Below are positions 7,497-14,432 of a stretch of DNA of 39,252 bases, piece by piece. A model generated the notes under the pieces. That model was not told the DNA's origin. It saw only the letters and a list, made by a program, of their open reading frames with translations, and did not search any database. The stretch lies in IMG/VR virus record IMGVR_UViG_3300045988_083504; one strand, 5' to 3'. The position numbers and the translations under genes were made by a program. Numbering within the stretch: position 1 is the stretch's first letter; each line of letters starts with the position of its first letter. The stretch comes from a virus.

Positions 7497-8215
7497 CAGG
7501 CATCCTCCTTCGGTTCCAGTGCGTCCAGCAGGGCGTCAAAGTCCTTGCTGAGGACCTTGCTGGCGCTGTCATAGCCGTGAACCTTCAAGAGGGTTTTTGC
7601 CTCCTGCTTTGTCAGGCCGTGGCGGGAACAAGCAGAATAGAAGAATTTGACCTGTGCGGCGGTAATGGGGGCGTTGGGGTCCTTGTTGGTCATGTAGGCG
7701 CTGCCGTCCTCGGTGTCGCTCTCAATGTCCTGGGTGAACATATCGGAGACGCAGCCGAGGGACAGGGCGGCAGAGACCAGGGCGCGTTTCTGGGCCATCT
7801 TGACCGCGCTGTTGGCACCGTCATAGGGGGACTGGGAGCCGGTGCGGCCCTCCCGGGTGTTGCCGGAGCCGTAAGCGGATGTAATGACGTATTCCTTGCC
7901 GTCATAGATCTTGATGAGGTCGCAGCGGACGAGGAAGTAGAAAAAGCCGTGCTCGATGTCCTCCAGCTTGCTTTCCAGTGTGTAGCGCTGGCAGAGGCCG
8001 TAAGCCACGGCCACCTTCTCCGCACCGGATTTGAAGAGGGTGGGGGCTTTCGTCATGGGGTCTCCATTCTTCTTGCGGATCATGCCGAAGTCGATGCCGC
8101 GTTTCAGGATGGCGGGCGCTCCGTCTGGGGCGCAGATGGTGTAATTGCCGGAGCGGGGGACGGGAGCCACCGTCAGGGCGGCGGCGTTGTATTGGTACAG
8201 GGCGAGTTCATTCAT
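7496..8215 (-). CDS. Single-strand annealing protein (family uncertain, Rad52/Sak- or ERF-like) (239 aa)
   Basis: Sits between an exonuclease and SSB. Carries the helix ANSAVKMAQKRALVSAALSLG...FTQD and a C-terminal acidic/helical tail. Confidence 0.55.
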   Translation of the reverse strand: MNELALYQYNAAALTVAPVPRSGNYTICAPDGAPAILKRGIDFGMIRKKNGDPMTKAPTLFKSGAEKVAVAYGLCQRYTLESKLEDIEHGFFYFLVRCDLIKIYDGKEYVITSAYGSGNTREGRTGSQSPYDGANSAVKMAQKRALVSAALSLGCVSDMFTQDIESDTEDGSAYMTNKDPNAPITAAQVKFFYSACSRHGLTKQEAKTLLKVHGYDSASKVLSKDFDALLDALEPKEDA

Positions 8216-8796
8216 GTGCGTTTCTTCCTTTCTGTGGCTTTGTGGAGGGTGCGGCAGGCGTTCACCAAATTTGAATTTGGTTCTACATGGCGAAGCTCAT
8301 AAGTGCCGTCCTTTGAGAGTTTCAAGGCATAGAGCGATTGAATTTTCCCGTAACCGCAGCGCGGGTCCCATGAGAAAATCATCTTGTAGGCGGTGAGCTG
8401 GGCGGAGAGGGCGGCGTCATGGAGCTGGCCGGTTTTAATGTCCAGAATGGCGGGGGCATTATGGATGATGCCAAAGCGATCCATCGTACCGGCCATTTTC
8501 ATATTCCGATCCGCTATGGGACATTCAATCAGTTTCCATTCCGGTTTCCAGTCTTTGAGAAACCGACGGTAGGCTTTCAGGTATCCGGCGATCTCCGGCG
8601 TTTCCTCCGGTTCCTCGCCGTAGTCGATGAGGGCGCAGGCTTCATGGACAGCGGTTCCCCGGCGGGCGGCAGCCTCCGCCAGCCATGGCCGGTCTGACTT
8701 GTAGTCATAGGCGCAGAAGCGGGTGACTTCGGTCACGCTGGGCAGTTGGATGCCGTCAAGGGTGTAGGTGTGGGTGGCCTCGTCAAATGTCAGCAT
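8212..8796 (-). CDS. PD-(D/E)XK (Cas4/RecB-like) exonuclease (194 aa)
   Basis: Start MLTFDEATHTYTLDGIQLPSVTEV with a GGAGG RBS at ATG 8794-8796. GTMDR ... ILDIKTG (D...D-x-K) and QLTAY motifs are present. Confidence 0.8.
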   Translation of the reverse strand: MLTFDEATHTYTLDGIQLPSVTEVTRFCAYDYKSDRPWLAEAAARRGTAVHEACALIDYGEEPEETPEIAGYLKAYRRFLKDWKPEWKLIECPIADRNMKMAGTMDRFGIIHNAPAILDIKTGQLHDAALSAQLTAYKMIFSWDPRCGYGKIQSLYALKLSKDGTYELRHVEPNSNLVNACRTLHKATERKKRT

Positions 8797-9007
8797 TGGG
8801 CCCCTCCGTGTACAGAACCGGGATGCCGAGGGCATCGGCAAATAGGTCCATATCGTCACCGATCTTATCCAGCAGGTAATCCTTGAAGCAGGGCGGGCAG
8901 TACAGCTCGCCGTTCGGGAGTTGGAACATCCGGTCACAGTCATCCTCTGCGGCGGGGTTCATTGGATGGCCGCAGCGGGCACACACAGGATAGGTTTTTC
9001 TGGTCAT
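8783..9007 (-). CDS. Zinc-ribbon protein (74 aa)
   Basis: ATG 9005-9007 follows GGAGGGAG. Contains CARCG...CPPC. Confidence 0.6.
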   Translation of the reverse strand: MTRKTYPVCARCGHPMNPAAEDDCDRMFQLPNGELYCPPCFKDYLLDKIGDDMDLFADALGIPVLYTEGPNADI

Positions 9008-9192
9008 AGTTGGGTCTCCCTCCAGACACGGACCGCATGGGCGATGTCCGTATAGTTTTTGGTGCGGTAGCCGCAGGAATCGCATAGGACGAAGAAGCCA
9101 TCCGTGTTTCCCTGAGCGACCATGCGCTTGCCGCCGTACATCCCACAGCGGGGACAGGGCGGCAGCTCTTTCATTTGACGGCGGCGGCCCAT
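9004..9192 (-). CDS. Second Lar-like zinc-ribbon protein (62 aa)
   Basis: LPPCPRCG ... FFVLCDSCGYRT ... AVRVW follows the Lar-type layout. ATGA coupling to the upstream small ORF. Confidence 0.5.
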   Translation of the reverse strand: MGRRRQMKELPPCPRCGMYGGKRMVAQGNTDGFFVLCDSCGYRTKNYTDIAHAVRVWRETQL

Positions 9193-9320
9193 CAGACCGC
9201 CCCCAGGATATAAGCCAGAGCCAGGGCCAACAGACCCAGGAAGCAGCCGAAGGATACCCAGGCGGAGAAGTCGGCCCGGCTCCGGCGGCGCTCCTCCCGT
9301 GTGCGGCTATCTCTTTTCAT
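9192..9320 (-). CDS. Small membrane protein (42 aa)
   Basis: My translation is MKRDSRTREERRRSRADFSAWVSFGCFLGLLALALAYILGAV. GAGGAGG RBS precedes ATG 9318-9320. Too short for the supplied ORF track. Confidence 0.45.
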   Translation of the reverse strand: MKRDSRTREERRRSRADFSAWVSFGCFLGLLALALAYILGAV

Positions 9321-9417
9321 GGCGGGGCCTCCTCTCGATCATGTCTACGATTGTGAAAGGCCAGGCGGCGGCGGTAGCCACGCCGATCAGCACGAAAATG
9401 AATGTGGTTGTATCCAT
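9307..9417 (-). CDS. Small membrane protein (36 aa)
   Basis: My translation is MDTTTFIFVLIGVATAAAWPFTIVDMIERRPRHEKR. GGGGAGG RBS precedes ATG 9415-9417. Confidence 0.4.
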   Translation of the reverse strand: MDTTTFIFVLIGVATAAAWPFTIVDMIERRPRHEKR

Positions 9418-9419
9418 AG

Positions 9420-9635
9420 CTAAACCTCCCCAAAGTGGTAGCCCTGACGGCGGCCATCGTCGAAGGTGACGAGGAACCAGCGGTGCGGGCTGTTGATGTA
9501 AGTGATGGTGCCGGGCTTCAGGCGGGGATGGTCGTCCTCAATTTGGAACGGCCATGTTCCCCGGGTGCCCAGTGCCGGACGGTGGGGTGTTCCCGGGTCC
9601 TGGCGGCTGCGGGCGATGCTGTTGTAGCTGCTCAT
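9420..9635 (-). CDS. Hypothetical protein (71 aa)
   Basis: GGAGGC RBS and ATGA overlap with the upstream gene. Confidence 0.55.
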   Translation of the reverse strand: MSSYNSIARSRQDPGTPHRPALGTRGTWPFQIEDDHPRLKPGTITYINSPHRWFLVTFDDGRRQGYHFGEV

Positions 9636-9832
9636 TTTTTGCCTCCACAGAGTTGCCGGGCGAAGGTGGCGGCGGAGATGTAGCCGCCCTTCTGCAAAGG
9701 GAAATGGCGCTGAATGGTGCGCAGATCCTTCATGCCGGTAAATTTGCGGATGTCCGCCAGATTCAGAAGCTGCCGCCCGCCGGTAAAGGCAAGGATTTGT
9801 TCGAGATTGTCTCGATATGCTGGATGTTCCAT
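9632..9832 (-). CDS. Small putative DNA-binding (HTH) protein (66 aa)
   Basis: ATG 9830-9832 follows AAGGAGG. LLNLADIRKFTGMKDLRTIQRHF looks like an HTH. Confidence 0.5.
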   Translation of the reverse strand: MEHPAYRDNLEQILAFTGGRQLLNLADIRKFTGMKDLRTIQRHFPLQKGGYISAATFARQLCGGKK

Positions 9833-9924
9833 AGGGGCCTCCTTCTTTTGTTTTGTCGTGATTGCGATTGCTGCTGCGGCTTGCAATGCGTAGCTAACCT
9901 AAGCCGCCGTACTGCCGAGCTTAT

Positions 9925-10211
9925 CTATTCCATTCCGTTGCATTGCAGAACGGTGCTGTTCCATCGCCGTTCAAGGTTACACATCGCTCCGCGATTCCAT
10001 TGCATTTCCTTGCATCTCTTTGCATTGCCTTTGCTATGGTGTTCTCCGCTTTGCCGTTGCATCGCTGAACGATTCGCGGCCCTTCCATAGCGCCTCGATA
10101 CGATGCTATCCCGTCGCATTGATACTCTCTGCTAAGCTCTACCGCTGCTTCGCGCTGAGCTGCTACTCATTACCGTTGCGCCACATTGCTGTGCTACGCC
10201 ATTCCGCTGCG
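9925..10211. repeat. Degenerate iteron-like repeat array (non-coding)
   Basis: TTGCAT occurs at 10000, 10010 and 10020 (exact 10-bp phasing) and also at 9938 and 10057. CAT-N(1-2)-CCGTTGC-like units lie at 9931, 9962, 10054, 10168 and 10200. Two hairpin-capable 19-mers, 9935-9953 and 10054-10072, match at 16 of 19 positions. Confidence 0.85.
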
Positions 10212-10805
10212 TTACTGGATCTCCTCCCAGGTAAACCGGCCTTTTCCACTGTTGCGCCACTGGCCGATGCCGGAGAAGCGGCCATAGTCCAGCCATTCCC
10301 GGACAGCCTTTTCGTGATCGTCGCAGAGGCAGACCACCCGGAACTCGCAAGTAGCGCCTGCGGGGATCTCTTCACTCATGGCAAGGGAGATGCGCTCACC
10401 CTGCGCCGTCTGCGCTCTCAGGGGGCGCTGGCACTCACCAACGGGGCCGTCAAACTCCAACGGGATCACCCGGGGCTCCGGGAAGATCAGCTTATCGATC
10501 TCCTTCTTGTAAGCCTTGATCTTCTCGCTGGCCGTGCCCTTGACCTTGCGGAGACCGCCGCAGGTGTCCTTGAAAAAGCCTTTGATCTGGTAATCGTAGA
10601 GGAACGGGGTGCCGTCCTCCAGCCGAGGAAACACCGTCATGGCCTTTTCTGCCACGGCATCAGCGCCCAGCGCGGAGACTTCCTCTTCCACGGTGGCGGC
10701 ATCGGGGGACTTGGAGCCGATAAACTCCCGGTAGATTTCCGGGTTGGCGGGGGACGTGCCGAGGATGGGTTCGGTGAAGGTGAGTTTTACTTTCAGTTCT
10801 TTCAT
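10212..10805 (-). CDS. Hypothetical protein with RAMP / Cas7 (Csm3/Cmr4)-like motif layout (197 aa); the CDS is firm, the family assignment is tentative
   Basis: ATG 10803-10805 follows AGGAG. The blocks are KVKLTFTEPILGTSP, DGTPFLYDYQIKGFFKD and EEIPAGATCEFRVVCL, ending in the C-terminal Gly-rich loop YGRFSGIGQWRNSGKGRFTW. Confidence 0.5.
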   Translation of the reverse strand: MKELKVKLTFTEPILGTSPANPEIYREFIGSKSPDAATVEEEVSALGADAVAEKAMTVFPRLEDGTPFLYDYQIKGFFKDTCGGLRKVKGTASEKIKAYKKEIDKLIFPEPRVIPLEFDGPVGECQRPLRAQTAQGERISLAMSEEIPAGATCEFRVVCLCDDHEKAVREWLDYGRFSGIGQWRNSGKGRFTWEEIQ

Positions 10806-10878
10806 GTTGATTCTCCTTTTCGTGATTGCGTGTTGGTGTGAATTGGTGTAGGATTGGGGGTAAGGGGGGCGGATTGAA

Positions 10879-11193
10879 ATGAAGAAAATACTGAGCGGAA
10901 TTTTAGATTTTACGGAATTTGTCCCGTTGGGATGGGTTTTGACCTGCATTGATCTGGGGGTTGACTGGATCAAGGAATCACCGGTTGAAGGTCTGTTGAC
11001 CTTGGCAGCGGCAACATTCATCGCTGGGATGCTTTCGGTATCTGGGTCTTTTGTTGCGGCTGGGGGTAATTGGGGAAACTCTATGCCGGCGGGACACGAT
11101 TTGCCCATTGGAGAGCGGATCAGAAACCTTCTGGTTATGCTGGCGGTGCTTGCGTTTATCACCTATGCAATTAGGCTTGCAATGTCATCGTAA
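10879..11193 (+). CDS. Membrane protein (104 aa), opposite in orientation to the early operon; possible prophage-expressed exclusion/immunity factor
   Basis: MKKILSGILDF start with two clear hydrophobic helices. G-rich RBS. A possible promoter is TTGCGT (10826-10831), 17 bp spacer, TAGGAT (10849-10854). Confidence 0.5.
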   Translation: MKKILSGILDFTEFVPLGWVLTCIDLGVDWIKESPVEGLLTLAAATFIAGMLSVSGSFVAAGGNWGNSMPAGHDLPIGERIRNLLVMLAVLAFITYAIRLAMSS

Positions 11194-11450
11194 AAGACTT
11201 GCGCGGGCGTTCCTGTTTTGGTAAAATAAGTGCATCCCATTAGAAAGGGGGCGAGGCCTATCAAAGCGGCGCTTAAAGCGTTTGCCACGGCAGGCTTTTT
11301 GCCTCCCACGCCAGAACACCACCAAACCAGGTGGCGGCCGGTAGGTGGGGAAACGGAGCTGCAACCGTAAGGATGGCGCGTCAAGATAGAAGCAAGGCCA
11401 TTCCTTGCCTTAAATGAAGTCACACCAGACGCAGTTAAGTGCATTGACGC

Positions 11451-11509
11451 TTCTGGGAAAGTGCAGGGAGAATTATTCGTGGAATGGCCGCGAATAATTT
11501 TTCCCAGAA
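11451..11509. terminator. Composite long hairpin (bidirectional terminator or attenuator) just downstream of the cro-like gene
   Basis: Outer stem TTCTGGGAAA (11451-11460) / TTTCCCAGAA (11500-11509). Inner stem AATTATTCG (11471-11479) / CGAATAATT (11491-11499). A T-run lies on the plus side. Confidence 0.6.
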
Positions 11510-11525
11510 ATAGTTCGATTAAATC

Positions 11526-11726
11526 TTACTTTCTGGGTATAAAAATATTGTCCATGGGCACGCCGTAAAGATCGCAGAGGTTCAGCAACTTGTCCGCAGG
11601 GGGAAATCGCTTGCCGATCTCCCAATTATAAATCGTGCGGCTGCTGACTCCAATGGATCTTGCGGCGTCTGCCTGCTTCATTCCACGGTTTACGCGGGCG
11701 GCGCGGAGGGTAACTTGAAAGCTCAT
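11526..11726 (-). CDS. Cro-like XRE-family HTH regulator (66 aa)
   Basis: MSFQVTLRAARVNRGMKQADAARSIGVSSRTIYNWEIG is a classic XRE HTH. AAGGAG RBS. It is divergent from the CI-like gene. Confidence 0.8.
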   Translation of the reverse strand: MSFQVTLRAARVNRGMKQADAARSIGVSSRTIYNWEIGKRFPPADKLLNLCDLYGVPMDNIFIPRK

Positions 11727-11762
11727 AGCGCGAACTCCTTTCGTTCGATTTAATCTAACATT

Positions 11763-11791
11763 ATAATACCACCGGCGAAAAGGGATGTCAA
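11763..11791 (-). promoter_or_regulatory. Sigma-70-type early (lytic) promoter
   Basis: On the minus strand: TTGACA (11786-11791), 17-bp spacer, TATTAT (11763-11768). Confidence 0.6.
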
Positions 11792-11823
11792 GCAAAAGGT
11801 TAGGTTAAAACGAAAAAAAGTTC

Positions 11824-11852
11824 TTGCAATTCGATTAAAAATGACTTACAAT
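11824..11852 (+). promoter_or_regulatory. Sigma-70-type promoter for the CI-like repressor
   Basis: TTGCAA (11824-11829), 17-bp spacer, TACAAT (11847-11852). It lies back to back with the lytic promoter. Confidence 0.55.
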
Positions 11853-11880
11853 GGATTTAACAAAAAAGGGGGTGAAACCA

Positions 11881-12228
11881 ATGGGGCAAGAAGAAATCTG
11901 TGCAGTTTTTGCGCGGAATCTAAATAAATTGATGGCTCGGGATAACCTGAAACAAAGCGATCTTGTATTAAAATTGAACGTATCGAAAGCCCAGGTATCA
12001 GACTGGTGCGCCGGGAAGAACATTCCCAGATCGAACTATCTGGCTTTGCTGGTAGACCTGTTCGGCTGCCAGCTTTCGGAACTCATGAGCGAAAAACAGC
12101 CCGCCCCCACGAATGAGGGCGAGCTGAACGCAGAAGATAAAAGGCTGCTTATGATGATCCACAATCTCTCACCGGAGGACCGGGAACGGATCGTTGCGAT
12201 AATAGAAGCTCTTGCAGGGCTTGAATAG
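11881..12228 (+). CDS. CI-like XRE-family repressor (115 aa)
   Basis: ATG 11881 follows AGGGGGTG. XRE HTH is NLNKLMARDNLKQSDLVLKLNVSKAQVSDWCAGKN, followed by a C-terminal extension. Confidence 0.8.
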   Translation: MGQEEICAVFARNLNKLMARDNLKQSDLVLKLNVSKAQVSDWCAGKNIPRSNYLALLVDLFGCQLSELMSEKQPAPTNEGELNAEDKRLLMMIHNLSPEDRERIVAIIEALAGLE

Positions 12229-12440
12229 CAAGCGCCTGCTTTTCCGGGGACAGGGAACGCAATGCCAACAGGATTTCAAGGTCTGTCATGGGATGCTCCT
12301 TTCTATTTGAAACCCCGGCCCGCCGAAGCGGGACCGGGGAAAGGGGAGTGGGCCTATGAGAACAATAGACCCATCTTGCAGGAAAGTCCAATTCAAAGGG
12401 AGGATTTTCCTTGCAAAAAACTTGCAAGGAGGGGAAAACG

Positions 12441-12794
12441 GTGAACTTTTCGGAAAAAGCCCGCGCAATGCGCATGAAAAGCCCGCTGACGCTGCGGGAG
12501 ATCGGCGAGCAGTGCAATGTATCAGAAAGTATGGTATCGCGCTACATTTCCGGCGCGGCGAAACCGCCGGATGATATGGCCGAAAAGATTCTGGAAGTGC
12601 TGCGGAACAGCGAACAGGACGATGACCATGGCATTTACGCCGCTCACATCGACGATCTGCGGCGGCTGATCCGCCAGCAGCAGTGGGAGAAGCGGGTATT
12701 GTTCGGGGTTCTCGTTTCCCTTTTGGTTTTTCTGCTGCTGCTCTATCTGGACGCTACTCACGGTGGCTGGGGCGCGATCCGGTACATAGGATAA
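12441..12794 (+). CDS. Membrane-anchored XRE-type HTH protein (117 aa, GTG start)
   Basis: GTG 12441 lies 8 nt after AGGAGG. HTH is LTLREIGEQCNVSESMVSRYISG. C-terminal TM helix is VLFGVLVSLLVFLLLLYL. Confidence 0.7.
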   Translation: MNFSEKARAMRMKSPLTLREIGEQCNVSESMVSRYISGAAKPPDDMAEKILEVLRNSEQDDDHGIYAAHIDDLRRLIRQQQWEKRVLFGVLVSLLVFLLLLYLDATHGGWGAIRYIG

Positions 12795-12927
12795 ATAGAA
12801 AGCCGTCTGAGTGCTGGAACACTCAGACGGCAAACGATACCACCAATCGCAATCACGACAAAGCCAAAGGAGGATCAACCACAGTATAGCACGATCCCCC
12901 TGGCGATGCAACAGGAGGAAAGGAAAA

Positions 12928-14010
12928 ATGGCGAAGAAAAGTAAATATGGCGTCCGCAAGGACGGCCTGCACGAGGCGATCCGCACCATCAACGGCAAGC
13001 GGGTAGCGTTCCGTGGCAAGACAGATCGGGAAATTGATCGTAAAATCCTGGAATACCAGATGGAGGCGGAGAAGGGCCGGAATTTCCCGGCAATCGCTGA
13101 CGAGTGGGAGCGGGAGCATGAGAGCGACGTGTCCGAATCGACCCGTCGGGTATACAGCTATGCCGTGAAGCGGCTGAAAGAGGCGTTTCCGGGGCGGGCG
13201 TCGGAGATCGAGCCGGTAGACGTGCGGAACTATATCAAGCGCTTTGAGGCACAAGGACGCAGCGCAAATAGCGTCGGCATTGAGCTGGCGGTCTGCCGGA
13301 TGATTTTTGCCCATGCCGTCATCAAGGGCGATATTCGGATTAGTCCGGCGGCGGAGGTGAAAAAAAGTCGGGGCCTGCCCTGCAAAAAGCGGGAGGCGCT
13401 AACGGAGGAGCAGGAGGAGGCCGTGAAAGCGGCGGGGCTGACAAAGGCGGCGCGCTGGTGGCTGTTTGGCTATCTGTTGTTGTACACCGGATGCCGCCGG
13501 GGTGAGGCGCTGGCGCTGACGTACCGCGACATCGACCGAAAAGCCGGGGTCATCCACATCACCAAGAAGGTTAGCTACGCCACAGGTACACCGGTGTTGG
13601 AGAATCACCTAAAGTCGGAGAACGGTCTGCGGGACATTCCCCTGCTTCCGCCTCTGGCGGAGGCGCTGCCGAAAAACCGGATCGGGCTGCTGTTTCCGGG
13701 GGATGATGGAGGCTATATGCGGCCCCATGAGATCACAAGAGAGTGGCGGCATTACTGCCGGGATGTGGGGCTGAACGAGATCCAGCAGGGCGAAAACGGC
13801 GAGACGGTGGAGACGTTCCCCATCACGCCGCACTGTTTCCGGCACAGCTTTGCGACGATCTGCTATGAGGCGGGGCTTGACCCCAGACAGGCGGCTGGCT
13901 TGCTGGGCGATACGCCGGACGTGGTGGAGGCGGTTTATACCCATCTGCGGCAGGACCGGAGGCAGACGGCAGCCGAAAAGCTGACGGCGTATTTTGAAGC
14001 TGTAAAGTAA
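12928..14010 (+). CDS. int: Tyrosine-type site-specific integrase (360 aa)
   Basis: ATG 12928 follows GGAGGAAAGG. Catalytic signature is YTGCRRGEALAL (Arg), HCFRHSFAT (H-x-x-R) and LLGDT...AVYTH (Tyr). Confidence 0.95.
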   Translation: MAKKSKYGVRKDGLHEAIRTINGKRVAFRGKTDREIDRKILEYQMEAEKGRNFPAIADEWEREHESDVSESTRRVYSYAVKRLKEAFPGRASEIEPVDVRNYIKRFEAQGRSANSVGIELAVCRMIFAHAVIKGDIRISPAAEVKKSRGLPCKKREALTEEQEEAVKAAGLTKAARWWLFGYLLLYTGCRRGEALALTYRDIDRKAGVIHITKKVSYATGTPVLENHLKSENGLRDIPLLPPLAEALPKNRIGLLFPGDDGGYMRPHEITREWRHYCRDVGLNEIQQGENGETVETFPITPHCFRHSFATICYEAGLDPRQAAGLLGDTPDVVEAVYTHLRQDRRQTAAEKLTAYFEAVK

Positions 14011-14019
14011 AAACACTTT

Positions 14020-14272
14020 CGTGTGAACTTTTCGGTGAAAAGTGGGCTTCCAACTGTGAAGTTACTGTGAAGTTGGGGCATGATCCCGACAACATCATGT
14101 GACACTATCAGGCAAGGCCTAAAGAGGCCGAAGGCGTTGAAAACAAAGACTTTGGTGGCGCACGGTGTCAGCGAGTGGAATTTAGAGAAAATCGTGAAAA
14201 TTTAAAACTTTTGTAAGACTTTTTGAGGAATGGCAAGGGATTGCTGTTATACTGTGAAGGTACTGTGAACGT
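14020..14272. repeat. attP-like region with arm-type direct repeats
   Basis: Perfect tandem ACTGTGAAGTT x2 at 14053-14074. ACTGTGAAGGT / ACTGTGAACGT lie at 14251-14272. Related GTGTGAAC (14021-14028) and CGTGAAAA (about 14192) are also present. The region lies immediately 3-prime of int. Confidence 0.55.
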
Positions 14273-14277
14273 TAAAA

Positions 14278-14314
14278 AAGACCGGCTCCCGGTGTTCGGG
14301 AGTCGGTCTTTTTG
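14278..14314. terminator. Bidirectional rho-independent terminator
   Basis: 14-bp stem AAGACCGGCTCCCG / CGGGAGTCGGTCTT with one G:T pair and a 5-nt loop. An A-run precedes it and a T-run follows. Confidence 0.8.
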
Positions 14315-14432
14315 CGTCTGCTTATTTCTTGCCGAACTCGCGGTCAATCTGGGCGGAAAGTTGCGATGCCCAGTCAGAGGGAACACGGTCCGTAAAAACG
14401 GGACTGATGGCCAGGACGTTCACAAGGATTTC

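Noticed and set aside
7577-8302. Plus-strand 241-aa ORF. The analogous 10020-10841 (273 aa) ORF was also considered.
   Set aside because: They are antisense to the annealing-protein/exonuclease genes and to the RAMP-like gene respectively. They lack RBSs and have artefact-like composition.
9925-10119. 64-aa minus-strand ORF inside the repeat array.
   Set aside because: Its translation simply mirrors the DNA repeats (QCNGM, QWNRG, QRQSGE). It has no RBS. The region is better explained as non-coding iterons.
9925-10211. Possibility that the repeat array is a CRISPR array.
   Set aside because: The units are degenerate and contiguous or overlapping, with no unique spacers of regular length between conserved repeats. 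The exact 10-bp phasing of TTGCAT is a DNA-binding-site feature, not a CRISPR feature.
11163-11444. 93-aa minus-strand ORF between the membrane-protein gene and the composite hairpin.
   Set aside because: It has no RBS and AT-rich third positions unlike the other genes. It overlaps the end of the plus-strand gene, and the region contains several small hairpins. It is treated as structured non-coding DNA, though this is not certain.
12149-12289. 46-aa minus-strand ORF (MTDLEILLALRSLSPEKQALAIQALQELL...) with a good AAGGAG RBS, antisense to the 3-prime end of the CI-like gene.
   Set aside because: It is immediately preceded on its own strand by a terminator-like GC hairpin (about 12314-12340), with no room for a promoter. 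Its last third is merely the antisense of the repressor gene. It is kept only as a low-probability candidate.
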